64,000 nucleotides of DNA from Candidatus Deferrimicrobiaceae bacterium (GCA_041633075.1 JBFKGZ010000001.1:854-64853); one strand, 5' to 3'; counted from the stretch's first letter, positions 35,359-46,330 are shown. Program-made: numbers and translations. Notes: generated by a model not told the origin, from the letters alone.

Positions 35359-35571
35359 GGACCCTGGCTCGCGGGGGATTCCCCTCCGCATCGCCACGGG
35401 TCCCCGTTCATCGGCGCAGCAGCCGCAGGAGGCGGGGCGCAGTGAGGTAAAGCGCAGCCGTGCGGGTTCATCGCACGGCGAGCCACGAACGGAGCCCCCC
35501 TCCGAGGATGCGGAGCCGAGCCCGGGGATCGAAACGCCACCGGGAGCGGGGGAACCCTCCGCTCCCGGTGG
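35359..35571. repeat. intergenic repeat family copy A (asd-truA spacer)
   Basis: ~160-bp core (35359..35517) nearly identical to 38296..38542 apart from a ~90-bp indel; contains conserved hairpin ccgtgcg-N7-cgcacgg and, 3' of the core, a perfect 13-bp hairpin ccaccgggagcgg-N9-ccgctcccggtgg (35537..35571). Confidence 0.6.
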
Positions 35572-35601
35572 CACTGCATCGATCCGTACCGTCTTCGGCG
35601 C

Positions 35602-36639
35602 TTACGCGTGGGCGGGATGCAGGTGCTTCTGGACGAGCACCTCGGCGATCTGGATCGCATTCAGGGCCGCCCCCTTCCGCAGCTGGTCCCCGCACACCCA
35701 GAAGTTCAGGGCGTTCTCCGCGCTCTCATCCTCGCGGATGCGCCCGACGTAGCAATCGTCCTTTCCCGCGCAGAAAAGAGGCATCGGGTACACGCTGCCC
35801 GCCGGGTCGTCCATCACCTGGCAGCCGGGAAACGCCGCGATCAGCTCCCGCGCCTTTTCGCGGGAGATTTTCCTCTCGAACTGTGCGTTGACCGAGATCG
35901 AGTGGGCGGTCAGGACCGGTACGCGGACCGTGGTGCAGGTGATGCGCAGGTCAGGAATCCCCATGATCTTGCGCCCCTCGTTCGTCATCTTCATCTCTTC
36001 CCTCGTGTATCCGTTCTCGAGGAAGGCGTCGATATGCGGAATCACGTTGAAGGCGATCTGGTGCGGGAACGCCGCCACTTCCAGTTTCTCGTTGCTGGCG
36101 AACGCCTTCGTCTGCGCGATGAGCTCGGCCATCGCCTTGGCCCCCGCTCCGGAGGTCGCCTGATAGGAGGAAGCCACGACCCGCCGCAGCGTTCCGAAGT
36201 CGTGCAGGGGCTTGAGCGGCATGACCGCGACGATTGTGGTACAGTTCGGGTTCGCGATGATCCCCCGATTCCGGTATTGGACGATCGCGTCGCCGTTGAT
36301 CTCGGGCACCACCAACGGGATGTCGGGCTCCATCCGGAAGGCCGACGAGTTGTCGACGACCACCGCTCCGGACTCCCCGGCCGCCGGGGCGAACTCCCTG
36401 CTCCGGGACGCCCCCGCCGAGAACAGGGCGATGTCGATACCCCGGAAAGCGCCTTTCTGGAGGAGTTCGACGGGAACCTCTTCCCCCCGGAACCGGACCC
36501 TTTTCCCGACCGACCTTTCGGAGGCAAGCAGCCGGATGTTCCGAATGGGAAACTTCCTCTCCTCCAGGATCCGCAGCATCACGTTCCCGACCGCTCCCGT
36601 CGCACCCGCAACGGCGACGTTAACGTTTTTCGTGGCCAT
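35602..36639 (-). CDS. asd: aspartate-semialdehyde dehydrogenase
   Basis: N-terminal NAD(P)-binding VAVAGATGAVG and full-length Asd similarity (active-site Cys region NPNCTT). Confidence 0.9.
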   Translation of the reverse strand: MATKNVNVAVAGATGAVGNVMLRILEERKFPIRNIRLLASERSVGKRVRFRGEEVPVELLQKGAFRGIDIALFSAGASRSREFAPAAGESGAVVVDNSSAFRMEPDIPLVVPEINGDAIVQYRNRGIIANPNCTTIVAVMPLKPLHDFGTLRRVVASSYQATSGAGAKAMAELIAQTKAFASNEKLEVAAFPHQIAFNVIPHIDAFLENGYTREEMKMTNEGRKIMGIPDLRITCTTVRVPVLTAHSISVNAQFERKISREKARELIAAFPGCQVMDDPAGSVYPMPLFCAGKDDCYVGRIREDESAENALNFWVCGDQLRKGAALNAIQIAEVLVQKHLHPAHA

Positions 36640-36654
36640 TTCCCTCGCTCCTTA

Positions 36655-37743
36655 TCACGAGTTGTCCATAATGGTTTGCCGTACCCTGTCACCCATTTCC
36701 GAGGTTCCTACCCGCCGAATCCCGGGGCCATCGCGATAGATGTCGCCCGTGCGGTAGCCGTCCGCGAGCGCCTTTCCCACCGCGTCCTCGATCAGAACGG
36801 ACTCCCTGGCCATGGCAAAGGAGTAGTTTAGCATCATCGCAGCGGAAAGTATCATGGCCAGAGGGTTGGCCAGCCCTTTCCCCGCGATGTCCGGGGCGCT
36901 CCCGTGGATCGGCTCGAACAGTCCCACGTTTCCCCCCAGCGAGGCAGAAGGCAGCATCCCGATCGAGCCCGTGACCATCGACGCCTCGTCCGTCAGGATG
37001 TCGCCGAAGAGGTTCGTCGTGACGATCACGTCGAACTGCTTCGGGTTGCGGACAAGCTGCATGGCGCAGTTGTCGACGAGCATGTGGGAAAGGACAACGT
37101 CCGGAAACTCCGCCGCGCCCACCTCCGTGACGACCTTTCTCCACAGCACGGACGCCTCCAGGACGTTTGCCTTGTCCACGGAGGTTACGCTTCCCGTCCG
37201 TTTCCGGCCGAGTTCGAAGGCGACCCGGGCGACCCGCTCGATCTCCGGGCGGCAGTACACCTCCGTGTTGATACCCGTCTCGACGCCGTCGATCATCTTG
37301 ATCCCGCGGGGCTCGCCGAAGTAGATCCCCCCGGTGAGCTCCCGGACGACCAGGAGATCGATTCCTTCCACGAGCTCCCTTCTCAGGGGCGAGGCATCGA
37401 GAAGGGGCCCGTACACCTTCGCGGGCCTCAAATTCGCGAAAAGCCCGAGGGTTTTCCGCAACTCCAGCAGTCCACGCTCCGGCCTGACCTCGAAGGGGAG
37501 CTGGTCCCACTTCGGCCCGCCGACGGCTCCCAGGAGAATGGCGTCCGACGACCGGGCCAGGGACAACGCCCTGTCGGTCATCGGAATGCCGTGGACGTCG
37601 CAGGACGCCCCGCCCAGCAGTTCCTCCTCGGTCTCGAACAGTTTTTTCCCCGAGACCTCCTCCACCGTCCGGAGGACAAACAGCGCCTCCCGGATCACCT
37701 CGGGCCCGATCCCGTCGCCGGGAAACACGCAGATCTTGGGCAT
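36655..37743 (-). CDS. leuB: 3-isopropylmalate dehydrogenase
   Basis: 362-aa [19 protein letters not shown]... and conserved [13 protein letters not shown] motif. Confidence 0.9.
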   Translation of the reverse strand: MPKICVFPGDGIGPEVIREALFVLRTVEEVSGKKLFETEEELLGGASCDVHGIPMTDRALSLARSSDAILLGAVGGPKWDQLPFEVRPERGLLELRKTLGLFANLRPAKVYGPLLDASPLRRELVEGIDLLVVRELTGGIYFGEPRGIKMIDGVETGINTEVYCRPEIERVARVAFELGRKRTGSVTSVDKANVLEASVLWRKVVTEVGAAEFPDVVLSHMLVDNCAMQLVRNPKQFDVIVTTNLFGDILTDEASMVTGSIGMLPSASLGGNVGLFEPIHGSAPDIAGKGLANPLAMILSAAMMLNYSFAMARESVLIEDAVGKALADGYRTGDIYRDGPGIRRVGTSEMGDRVRQTIMDNS

Positions 37744-37748
37744 GGCCG

Positions 37749-38246
37749 CTACGTTCCTTTCCGCCGGGACGCCATGTAGTTCAGCAATCCGCCTGCAGCG
37801 ACAAGTTCCTGCATGAACGGCGGTACCGCGGCAATGGCGTACTGACGCCCCTTCGTCTCGTTTCGCAGCATTCCCTGCCGCATGTCCAGCACAAGAACGT
37901 CCCCCGCATCGATCTCGTCAATCGCCTGGGGCACCTCGAAGATGGGAAGACCCATGTTGAACGCGTTCCGGTAGAAGATCCGCGCAAACGAGCGGGCGAT
38001 CACGGCGGAGGCTCCGGACGCCTTGATGGCGATGGGAGCGTGCTCTCGGGAGGAGCCGCACCCGAAGTTCTTCCCTGCCACGAGAAAATCCCCTGTGGAG
38101 ACCTTCGCCGCATACTCCTTGTCGATGTCCTCCATGCAGTGGCGGGCCAGTTCCGCCGGGTTTGAGGTGTTCAGGTATCGTGCGGGGATGATGACGTCGG
38201 TGTCGACATCATTCCCGAATTTCCAGGCCCGTCCTTTCAGCGCCAT
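37749..38246 (-). CDS. leuD: 3-isopropylmalate dehydratase small subunit
   Basis: 165 aa from ATG 38246 ([25 protein letters not shown]...); the track ORF's extra N-terminal extension runs into the repeat and is rejected. Confidence 0.85.
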   Translation of the reverse strand: MALKGRAWKFGNDVDTDVIIPARYLNTSNPAELARHCMEDIDKEYAAKVSTGDFLVAGKNFGCGSSREHAPIAIKASGASAVIARSFARIFYRNAFNMGLPIFEVPQAIDEIDAGDVLVLDMRQGMLRNETKGRQYAIAAVPPFMQELVAAGGLLNYMASRRKGT

Positions 38247-38295
38247 GCTGTCTGTCCCCCCTCTCATCCACAGGTGACCGCGGCAACCAGGTCGG

Positions 38296-38680
38296 GGACC
38301 CTGGCTCGCGGGGGATTCCTCTCCGCTACGCTCGCGACCTTCGCCCGCTCGCTGCCGGTTCCGCTCGCGAAAGCAGGGAACTCTCTCCACAGGCCGCTCC
38401 GCGGAACCCCCCGCATCGCCCCGGGTCCCCGTTCATCGGCGCAGCAGCCGCAGGAGGCGGGGCGCAGTGAGGTAATGCGCAGCCGTGCAGGTTTACCGCA
38501 CGGCGAGCCACGAGCGGAGCCCCCCTCCGAGGATGCGGAGCCGGTCCCGCCATCGGCCTGCCAAGTCCTGCCCCAGGGAACAAGCAGGGACGGTCCTGTC
38601 ATCCCTTCCTGGTTTCTCCAACCTTCGTCGTGAACCGCGGGCCCGCTGTAGGCCCACCAAGTCCTGCCCCAGGACCGTCC
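38296..38680. repeat. intergenic repeat family copy B (inserted between leuC and leuD), composite
   Basis: Core 38296..38542 matches copy A plus a ~90-bp extra segment (tacgctcgcgacctt...ggaaccccccgc) that copy D also starts. The 3' extension holds a 17-bp direct repeat ccaagtcctgccccagg (38561 and 38657) and a 12-bp inverted repeat agggacggtcct / aggaccgtccct (38586 / 38671). Confidence 0.6.
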
Positions 38681-39943
38681 CTACAGTTCGTCGGGGCCGC
38701 CGATGCGGCCGAGTACCGCGGAGGCTGCCGCCACCGCGGGGTTGGAGAGGTAGACCTCACTCTCGGGATGCCCCATCCGGCCCACGAAATTGCGGTTCGT
38801 GGTGGCGACGGCCTTCTCCCCCTTTGCCAGAATTCCCATGTGCCCGCCCAGGCACGGCCCGCAGGTCGGCGTGGAAAAGGCCGCTCCCGCGGTCACGAAG
38901 GTCTCCATCAGCCCCTCCCGCATCGCCTGGAGGTATATCTCCTGCGTGGCGGGGAACACGATCATCCGGACGCCATCGTGGATTTTCCGGCCGCGCAGGA
39001 CCTCGCACGCGCTCCGGAGATCCTCGATGCGTCCGTTGGTGCACGAGCCCACCACGACCTGGTCGATGGGGACGTTCCCCACCCGGGAAAGGGACCGGGT
39101 GTTTTCCGGCATGTGCGGGAACGCCACCTGCGGCTCGAGAGCACCCAGGTCGATCCCCATCTCCGCCGCGTACCGGGCATCGCGGTCCGCCTCGACCACC
39201 GTGTATTTCCGGGAGGCCCGCTCGTCCGCGTAGGCCTTCGTGATCCCGTCGAAGGGAAAGATGCCGTTTTTCGCGCCGGCCTCGATCGCCATGTTGGAAA
39301 TCGTAAACCGCCAAGCCATCGGGAGAGCCGCGAGGCCGTCCCCGGCATACTCCATCGCCTGGTAGAGTGCTCCGTCCCCGCCGATCTCCCCGATGATGTG
39401 GAGGATGACGTCCTTGCCCTCGACCCACTTCCGTGGCTTGCCGGAAAGCACGATCCGGATCGACTTGGGCACCTTGAGCCACACCTCCCCGGAGATCATC
39501 GCCGCGGCCAGGTCGGTACTGCCGACTCCGGTCGAGAAGGCGCACAGCGCACCGTAGGTGCAGGTGTGGCTGTCCGCTCCGATCACGAGATCGCCGGGAA
39601 CGACGAGCCCCTCGTCGGGCAAGAGCACGTGCTCGATCCCCATCCGCCCTACCTCGAAGTAGTTCACGATCCCGTATTCGCGGGCGAAGTCGCGCATTAT
39701 CCTGGCCTGTTCCGCCGAGGCGATGTCCTTGTTCGGCGTGAAGTGGTCCGGGACGAGCGCAATCCGCTCCCGGTCGAATACCTCCCGGACTCCCAGGTTC
39801 CGGACCGCCTGGATGGCGATCGGGCTTGTCACATCATTGCCGAGCGCGAGGTCGACCCTCGCCAGGATCAGTTCCCCCGGCTCAACCGTCTCTTTCCCCG
39901 CGTGCCTCGCGAGGATCTTCTCTGTGAGCGTCATGCCCGCCAA
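38681..39943 (-). CDS. leuC: 3-isopropylmalate dehydratase large subunit (aconitase family)
   Basis: 420-aa [19 protein letters not shown]... with aconitase-family Cys ligand motifs. Confidence 0.9.
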   Translation of the reverse strand: MAGMTLTEKILARHAGKETVEPGELILARVDLALGNDVTSPIAIQAVRNLGVREVFDRERIALVPDHFTPNKDIASAEQARIMRDFAREYGIVNYFEVGRMGIEHVLLPDEGLVVPGDLVIGADSHTCTYGALCAFSTGVGSTDLAAAMISGEVWLKVPKSIRIVLSGKPRKWVEGKDVILHIIGEIGGDGALYQAMEYAGDGLAALPMAWRFTISNMAIEAGAKNGIFPFDGITKAYADERASRKYTVVEADRDARYAAEMGIDLGALEPQVAFPHMPENTRSLSRVGNVPIDQVVVGSCTNGRIEDLRSACEVLRGRKIHDGVRMIVFPATQEIYLQAMREGLMETFVTAGAAFSTPTCGPCLGGHMGILAKGEKAVATTNRNFVGRMGHPESEVYLSNPAVAAASAVLGRIGGPDEL

Positions 39944-40703
39944 CGTGTTTCTCGCTTTCCAAGGTTTTCTTTCGCTGACCGCTCACCAAGCGCACCAGTT
40001 CCCCCAGCGGCCCGGAGACGATGTACGCCGAGACGAACAGGAAGATCATCACCTGGGGTTCCGCGACCAACAGGAGGGAAAGGAAGATAAACACCACCAG
40101 GGTGTTGAACGGCCGGCGCCGGAACGGCTCCAAATCCTTGAAGTTGTTGTACCGGACGGTGCTGACCATGAGAAAGGCCAGTACGTAGATGGAGAGAAGC
40201 ACGGAGATATGCCGGAAATTGCCGGCCCCCCCCAGGTAATAGAAGAGCATGATCAGGGATGCCACGAACGTGGCGGCTGCGGGAATCGGCAGCCCGTTGA
40301 ATTTTCCCCTCTCGATCGTATTGATCTGGACGTTGAACCGGGCAAGACGGAGGGCCCCGCAGATCAGATAGAGGAAGGCGGCCAACCAGCCCCACCGCCC
40401 GAAGCGCGAAAGCGCCCAGCCGTAAACGAGGAACGCCGGCGCCACGCCGCAGGCTACGATGTCGGCCAGGGAATCGTACTCCACCCCGAATTGCGTGGTC
40501 GTCCTGGTCATCCGTGCGACCCGGCCGTCCAGGCCGTCCAGCACCACCGCCACGATGATGGCCACGGCCGCCCTCTCGAACTGGCCGGTGTACGTCGCGG
40601 CAATCGAGTAGAACCCGGCGAACAGCGATCCGGACGTGATCAGGTTGGGCAACACATAGATCCCCCTGCTTATCCCGTCCTCCCGCTTCATCCTCTTCCT
40701 CAT
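39882..40703 (-). CDS. pssA: CDP-diacylglycerol--serine O-phosphatidyltransferase
   Basis: CDP-alcohol phosphatidyltransferase motif DGLDGRVAR...G...D within a multi-TM protein. ATG 40703 overlaps psd stop (ATGA); C-terminus overlaps leuC start by ~60 nt. Confidence 0.75.
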   Translation of the reverse strand: MRKRMKREDGISRGIYVLPNLITSGSLFAGFYSIAATYTGQFERAAVAIIVAVVLDGLDGRVARMTRTTTQFGVEYDSLADIVACGVAPAFLVYGWALSRFGRWGWLAAFLYLICGALRLARFNVQINTIERGKFNGLPIPAAATFVASLIMLFYYLGGAGNFRHISVLLSIYVLAFLMVSTVRYNNFKDLEPFRRRPFNTLVVFIFLSLLLVAEPQVMIFLFVSAYIVSGPLGELVRLVSGQRKKTLESEKHVGGHDAHREDPREARGERDG

Positions 40704-41365
40704 TTCACCACTCCCACGATGCTCTCTCCCGCCCGAACCCGGTCCCCCACCCGCACGTTCAGGGAGGCGGAGGCGGGAAGCAAGATGTCCACCCGCGATC
40801 CAAAACAGATGATGCCCACCCGCTGGCCCGCCCGAACGGTGTCCCCCGGGGACAGGTCGCACACGATGCGCCGTGCGATGAACCCGGCGATCTGCACAAA
40901 GGCGACCCGTTGGCCGTCCGTCGTTTCGAGGAGCACGCCGTTCTGCTCGTTGGCAAGCGACGCTTTCTCGACATTCGCCGCCAGGAACCTTCCCGGGTGG
41001 TATTGGACCGACAAGACCCGGCCGGAGACCGGAGCCCGGTTCACATGCACATCCAAGGGCGACATGAAGACGCTCACCCGCTTCCCCGGTTCCCCGAAAT
41101 ACCTTCCCGGCGGGTTGTCGCCTGCGTACACTATTTTACCATCCGCGGGGGATATTACCGCTCCGGGGAGAGCGGGGGGAAACCTGTCAGGGTTCCGGAA
41201 GAACCAGCCGATAAAAACGGTGAGGAGAATCCCGAAGGCCGATGCAGGCAACGTCCTTGGCCACACGAGGGAGAGCACAGCAGCAAGAGCAACCCCGCCC
41301 AGAAGAAACAGGATCCCTTCGGGGGCGATCACCCCACCCTCCCGACCCTTCTCCCCCGGATCCAT
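40700..41365 (-). CDS. psd: phosphatidylserine decarboxylase proenzyme (short/archaeal-type)
   Basis: 221-aa protein with N-terminal TM segments and conserved FxxG...GS processing region (FGSRV); paired with pssA. Confidence 0.8.
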   Translation of the reverse strand: MDPGEKGREGGVIAPEGILFLLGGVALAAVLSLVWPRTLPASAFGILLTVFIGWFFRNPDRFPPALPGAVISPADGKIVYAGDNPPGRYFGEPGKRVSVFMSPLDVHVNRAPVSGRVLSVQYHPGRFLAANVEKASLANEQNGVLLETTDGQRVAFVQIAGFIARRIVCDLSPGDTVRAGQRVGIICFGSRVDILLPASASLNVRVGDRVRAGESIVGVVK

Positions 41366-41375
41366 CGCTTCCGGG

Positions 41376-42401
41376 TCAGTTCTTCGTCCTGTCGACCAGC
41401 CGCCCTTTCGCGATCCACGGCATCATCGCCCGGAGGCGGCGGCCCACCTCCTCGATCGGGTGCTCCTCGCCACGCCTTGTGAGGGCGTTGAAGACAGGTC
41501 GGTTGGCCCGGTTCTCCAGGATCCACTCCCGGGCGAAGGATCCGTTCTGGACCTCCTCGAGCATCCGCTTCATCTCTGCTTTCGTCTCGGCGTTGACGAC
41601 CCGCGGTCCCCGCGTCAGGTCGCCGAATTGCGCGGTATTGCTCACGGAGTACCGCATCGTGGAGATTCCGCCCTCGTAGATGAGGTCCACGATGAGCTTC
41701 AGTTCGTGCAGACACTCGAAGTACGCCATCTCGGGCGCGTATCCCGCCTCGACAAGCGTCTCGTATCCCGCGAGGATCAGCGCGGTCACGCCGCCGCAGA
41801 GGACCGCCTGCTCGCCGAAGAGGTCGGTCTCCGTCTCTTCGCGGAAGGAGGTCTCGATCACCCCCGCGCGGGCGGAGCCGATCGCGCTCGCGTATGCGAG
41901 GGCCATGTCCCGGCTGTCCTTCGCAGGATCCTGGTGGACGGCGATGAGAGCGGGAACGCCCTCGCCCTTCTCGTATTGCGCCCGCACGAGATGGCCGGGG
42001 CCTTTCGGTGCCACCATGAACACGTTCAGGTCGGCCCGGGGCATGATCTGGCCGTAGTGGATGTTGAATCCGTGGGCGAACATGAGGTACGCCCCTTTCT
42101 TGATGTTCGGCCCGACGGCGTTCCGGTAGATGTCCCCCTGCAGTTCGTCGGGAAGGAGCATGACGACCACGTCCGCCTTGCCCGTCGCGGCAGCGGCATC
42201 TGCGACCTCGAACCCGGCCTTCTTCGCCTTTGCCGCGTTCTCGGACCCCGGGAGCTCGCCCACGACAACGTCCATCCCGCTTTCCCGCAGGTTGTTCGCG
42301 TGCGCATGTCCCTGGCTTCCGTACCCCAAAATCGCGATCTTCTTCTTCTTCAGAAACGATTGCCTGGCATCTTTCTCGCGGTAGATCCGGACCATGATCA
42401 A
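41376..42401 (-). CDS. ilvC: ketol-acid reductoisomerase
   Basis: 341-aa ORF with Rossmann motif [15 protein letters not shown] and full IlvC similarity. Confidence 0.9.
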   Translation of the reverse strand: MIMVRIYREKDARQSFLKKKKIAILGYGSQGHAHANNLRESGMDVVVGELPGSENAAKAKKAGFEVADAAAATGKADVVVMLLPDELQGDIYRNAVGPNIKKGAYLMFAHGFNIHYGQIMPRADLNVFMVAPKGPGHLVRAQYEKGEGVPALIAVHQDPAKDSRDMALAYASAIGSARAGVIETSFREETETDLFGEQAVLCGGVTALILAGYETLVEAGYAPEMAYFECLHELKLIVDLIYEGGISTMRYSVSNTAQFGDLTRGPRVVNAETKAEMKRMLEEVQNGSFAREWILENRANRPVFNALTRRGEEHPIEEVGRRLRAMMPWIAKGRLVDRTKN

Positions 42402-42446
42402 CCCCTCCCCGGGTATAGTGGAACCAGCCGACCCTTCGCCCCCCCG

Positions 42447-42923
42447 CTACATCCCCCGCGCAATGGCCACACGCCCCGTCCGCACGATTTCGCGGATCCC
42501 GATCGGCTTCAGCAGCTGGAGCAATGCGTTGATCTTCTCCTCGTCGCCCGTCATCTCGATCGTGTAGCACCGGGATGCCACGTCGACGATCTTCGCGCGG
42601 AAGATATCCACCAGGCGCAGAACCTCGGGCTTCGTTTCCGGTTCCGCATTCACCTTGATCAGAACGAGTTCGCGATCGACGGTCTCCGCCCCCGTCAGGT
42701 CGACCACCTTGATGACCGAGACAAGCTTGTTCAGATGCTTCAGGATCTGCTCGAGGATCTGGTCGTTCCCGGAGGTCACGATCGTCATGCGGGAGATCGT
42801 CGGGTCCAGCGTCTCCGCCACCGTCAGCGATTCGATGTTGAACCCCCTCCCGGAAAACAGACCGGAGACGCGGCTCAAGACCCCGAACTCGTTCTCCACC
42901 ATCACGGAAATGGTATGGCGCAT
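42447..42923 (-). CDS. ilvN: acetolactate synthase small (regulatory) subunit
   Basis: 158-aa ACT-domain protein MRHTISVMVENEFGVLSRVSGLFSGRGFNIESL. Confidence 0.85.
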   Translation of the reverse strand: MRHTISVMVENEFGVLSRVSGLFSGRGFNIESLTVAETLDPTISRMTIVTSGNDQILEQILKHLNKLVSVIKVVDLTGAETVDRELVLIKVNAEPETKPEVLRLVDIFRAKIVDVASRCYTIEMTGDEEKINALLQLLKPIGIREIVRTGRVAIARGM

Positions 42924-42942
42924 AGGCTTGTCCCCTCCAACG

Positions 42943-44637
42943 TCATACGAGCAGCATCTTCGTAAGAGGCGCCCCCGCGGGCACCATCGGGTAGACCATC
43001 TCGTTGGGATCCGTCACGATGTCGATCATGGCCGGTCCGGGCGCGGCGAACCCCTTCCGGAGCACCTCCGGCACCTCCGCGGGCTTCGTCGCACGATACC
43101 CGACCGCCCCGTATGCCGCGGCCAGGCGCACAAAATCCGGGATCTGGGGGAGGCATGTCTGGGAAAGCTTCCCCTGGAAGAACAGTTCCTGCCACTGCCG
43201 CACCATGCCGAGCGACCCGTTGTTCAGGATCACCACCTTGACGGGGAGGCGATACTGCACCGCGGTCGCAAGCTCCTGGATGTTCATCTGGATGCTGCCG
43301 TCGCCCGCGATGTCGACCACCAGCTTGTCCGGCATCGCCACCTGGGCCCCGATCGCCGCCGGAAGTCCGTACCCCATCGTCCCCAGCCCCCCGGAGGAGA
43401 GGAACGTCCGCGGTTTGTCGAACAGGTAATACTGCGCGGCGAACATCTGGTTCTGCCCCACCTCCGTGGTGATGATCGCATCCCCCTTGGTGAGCGAGTA
43501 GATCTGCTCGACCACGTACTGGGGCTTTATCTTTCCCTTCCCCTGCTTGTACGCAAGCGGGTAGGTCGATTTCCACTCCTCGATCTGCTTCCGCCACGGA
43601 CCGATCTTCTTCCGGTACTGCGCGGCCTCCTTCGTCCCCTTGACGAGCTTGATCATCTTCTTGAGCACATCCTTCAGGTCCCCCACGATCGGGATGTTCA
43701 CGGGGACGTTCTTCTGAATCGATGTCGGGTCGATATCCACGTGGATGATCTTCGCCCCGGGTGCGAATTCGTCGATCTTCCCGGTGACCCGGTCGTCAAA
43801 TCTCGCCCCGACGCCGAGGATCACGTCGCAGTTCGATATTGCCATGTTCGCCCGGAAGGTGCCGTGCATCCCGAGCATCCCCAGGGAGAGGCGGTCGGTT
43901 CCCGGGAAGCCGCCCAGGCCCATGAGCGTGTTCGTGACGGGAATTCCGAGAATGTGGGCGAACTCGGTGAGCAGCAGGGACGAATCGGCGAGGATGACCC
44001 CTCCTCCGGCATAGATGACGGGCCGCTCCTTCTCGAGCAGCATGCGGATGGCGTTCTCCACCTGCCTCTGGTGTCCTTCGTCGGTGGGGTGGTAGCCGCG
44101 CAGCTTCACCTCTTTCGGGATATGGTACTCGGCGGTTCCGGTCAGGACGTCCTTCGGGATATCGACCAGCACGGGTCCCGGGCGGCCGGTGGAAGCGATA
44201 TAAAACGCCTCCTTGATGATTCGGGGCATGTCCTTCGTGTTCTTGACCAGATAGTTGTGCTTGGTGCAGGGCCGGGTGATCCCGACGATGTCGGCCTCCT
44301 GGAACGCATCGTTGCCGATCATGAGGGTCGGGACCTGTCCGGAGAAGACCACCATGGGGATCGAGTCCATGTACGCCGTGGCGATCCCCGTTACGGTGTT
44401 GGTCGCCCCCGGACCCGAGGTCACCAGGCACACGCCGGTCTTTCCGGAGGCACGGGCATAACCGTCGGCCATGTGCACTCCCCCCTGTTCATGACGAACA
44501 AGCAGGTGCCGGACCCTCGTGTTCTGGAACAGGGCATCGTAGATGTTCAGCACCGCTCCCCCGGGGTAGCCAAATACCACGTCCACCCCGAGGTCCTCGA
44601 GCGCCTTGACGAACATTTCCGCTCCGGTCATCTTCAC
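42943..44637 (-). CDS. ilvB: acetolactate synthase large subunit
   Basis: 564-aa ThDP enzyme, full-length AHAS similarity. Confidence 0.9.
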   Translation of the reverse strand: MKMTGAEMFVKALEDLGVDVVFGYPGGAVLNIYDALFQNTRVRHLLVRHEQGGVHMADGYARASGKTGVCLVTSGPGATNTVTGIATAYMDSIPMVVFSGQVPTLMIGNDAFQEADIVGITRPCTKHNYLVKNTKDMPRIIKEAFYIASTGRPGPVLVDIPKDVLTGTAEYHIPKEVKLRGYHPTDEGHQRQVENAIRMLLEKERPVIYAGGGVILADSSLLLTEFAHILGIPVTNTLMGLGGFPGTDRLSLGMLGMHGTFRANMAISNCDVILGVGARFDDRVTGKIDEFAPGAKIIHVDIDPTSIQKNVPVNIPIVGDLKDVLKKMIKLVKGTKEAAQYRKKIGPWRKQIEEWKSTYPLAYKQGKGKIKPQYVVEQIYSLTKGDAIITTEVGQNQMFAAQYYLFDKPRTFLSSGGLGTMGYGLPAAIGAQVAMPDKLVVDIAGDGSIQMNIQELATAVQYRLPVKVVILNNGSLGMVRQWQELFFQGKLSQTCLPQIPDFVRLAAAYGAVGYRATKPAEVPEVLRKGFAAPGPAMIDIVTDPNEMVYPMVPAGAPLTKMLLV

Positions 44638-44647
44638 GTCATCCCCC

Positions 44648-46300
44648 CTACCGGATCACCGCGCCGGTTCCCGCCGAGCCAACCAGCTTGGCGTACCGGG
44701 CCAGATACCCCGTGCGAACCTTCGGCGACGGGGCTTTCCACGATTTTTTCCGGCGGCCGAGCTCGGCCGCCGGCACGTTCAGCGTAAGCTTCCTTTTCGG
44801 AATGTCCAGAACGATCTCGTCCCCGTCCCTCACGAGGGCGATCGCCCCTCCCTCCATCGCCTCGGGGGACACGTGGCCGATGCACGGTCCGTGGGTCCCC
44901 CCGGAGAACCGCCCATCGGTGATCAAAGCCACCTTGGTCCCCATTCCCATCCCCATGATCGCCGAGGTGGGGGAGAGCATCTCACGCATCCCCGGCCCCC
45001 CCTTCGGGCCCTCGTACCGGATGACCAGAACCGTGCCCGGCCGGATCTTCCCCCCCATGATAGCCGCCATGGCGGCTTCCTCGGAGCCAAAAACGCGGGC
45101 CTTCCCCCGAAAGGTGAACATCGAGGGGTCGACCCCCGACTGCTTGACCACCGCGCCTCCCGGCGCAAGGTTCCCGGTGAGAATCGCGATCCCCCCCTCG
45201 GGCCGCACGGGGGCGGAAACTTTTCGGATGATCTCGTCGTTCACGACACGCGCCTTCCTCGCGATCGCGGTGATGTCCTCGCCGGACACCGTCGGACTCT
45301 TCTTGAGCCGGGGCAGCAGCCGGTTGAGGATTGCCGGGATCCCGCCGGAGAACTCCACATCCTCCATCATGTGCGGGCCGGCCGGCGTGACCGTGGTGAG
45401 CTGGGGCGTCTCCCGGGACAGCCGGTCGAACGCTGCCAGGGGAAGCGCAATCCCCGCTTCGTGGGCGATGGCCAGCAGGTGCAGCACCGAGTTGGAGGAG
45501 CCCCCGAGTGCGAGGTCGACGCGGATGGCGTTCTCGAAGGCGGCGCGCGTCAGGATCTTGCGCGGAGTGATCCCCTTTCGTACCAGCTCCACGATGCGCT
45601 TCCCCGTCGCATACCCGATGTGGCGCTTTTTCGACATGCCGGCCAGAGCGGTGGCGCACCCGGGCAGGGACATCCCGAGAGTCTCCGTCAGGCACGCCAT
45701 CGTGTTGGCGGTGTAGAGTCCCTGGCACGACCCCTCCCCCGGGCACGCCTCGGCCTCGAGATGACGCAGCATCTTCGCGTCGATCTCCCCCCGCTGGTAG
45801 CGGCCGACCGCCTCGAAGGTATCCGTCACGAGCGAAAGCCGCCTGTCCCCCATCCTGCCCGAGAGCATCGGGCCGGCGGTCAGGACGATGGAGGGGACGG
45901 AAATCCGCGCGGCGGCCATGAGCATCCCGGGCGTGATCTTGTCGCAATTGGTCAGCAGGACGAGACCGTCGAGCGCGTGGGCCTCGGCCACCGACTCGAT
46001 CATGTCGGCGATCAGTTCGCGCAGGGGGAGGGAGTAGTGCATCCCCCGATGTCCCATCGCGATCCCGTCGCAGACCGCCGGCACCCCGAAGAGGAACGGG
46101 TAGCCGCCCGAGGCGTGCACGCCGCTTTCCACAACGCGCTCCAGCGCCCGCATCCCGACATGGCCGGGAACCAGGTCGGTAAAGGAGGTCGCTACGCCGA
46201 TGAAAGGCTTTCCCATCGCCGCCTGCGGAACCCCGGCGGCGCAGTAGAGCGCCCGGTGGGGCATCCTCTCCAATCCTTTTTTCGTCCTGTCACTTCGCAT
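44648..46300 (-). CDS. ilvD: dihydroxy-acid dehydratase
   Basis: 550-aa ORF, ILVD/EDD family with Fe-S Cys ligands (CDKITPG, CPGEGSC). Confidence 0.9.
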   Translation of the reverse strand: MRSDRTKKGLERMPHRALYCAAGVPQAAMGKPFIGVATSFTDLVPGHVGMRALERVVESGVHASGGYPFLFGVPAVCDGIAMGHRGMHYSLPLRELIADMIESVAEAHALDGLVLLTNCDKITPGMLMAAARISVPSIVLTAGPMLSGRMGDRRLSLVTDTFEAVGRYQRGEIDAKMLRHLEAEACPGEGSCQGLYTANTMACLTETLGMSLPGCATALAGMSKKRHIGYATGKRIVELVRKGITPRKILTRAAFENAIRVDLALGGSSNSVLHLLAIAHEAGIALPLAAFDRLSRETPQLTTVTPAGPHMMEDVEFSGGIPAILNRLLPRLKKSPTVSGEDITAIARKARVVNDEIIRKVSAPVRPEGGIAILTGNLAPGGAVVKQSGVDPSMFTFRGKARVFGSEEAAMAAIMGGKIRPGTVLVIRYEGPKGGPGMREMLSPTSAIMGMGMGTKVALITDGRFSGGTHGPCIGHVSPEAMEGGAIALVRDGDEIVLDIPKRKLTLNVPAAELGRRKKSWKAPSPKVRTGYLARYAKLVGSAGTGAVIR

Positions 46301-46330
46301 CGCCTACATTCCTCTCGCTCCTTCGGAAAT

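Noticed and set aside
34519-35574. Apparently conserved peptide (GSASSEGGSVRGSPC...PARLR.TSLRPASCGCCADERGP) encoded in both repeat copies (also 38264..38602)
   Set aside because: The conservation is at nucleotide level within a non-coding repeat. The frames are N-terminal extensions of truA/leuD ORF calls with no start context, and the true gene starts (35316, 38246) have proper RBSs downstream.
35569-35585. TGGCAC hexamer resembling a sigma-54 -24 element
   Set aside because: No GC dinucleotide at the required +12 spacing (the downstream sequence is tgcatcgatcc), and it lies inside the repeat's 13-bp hairpin.
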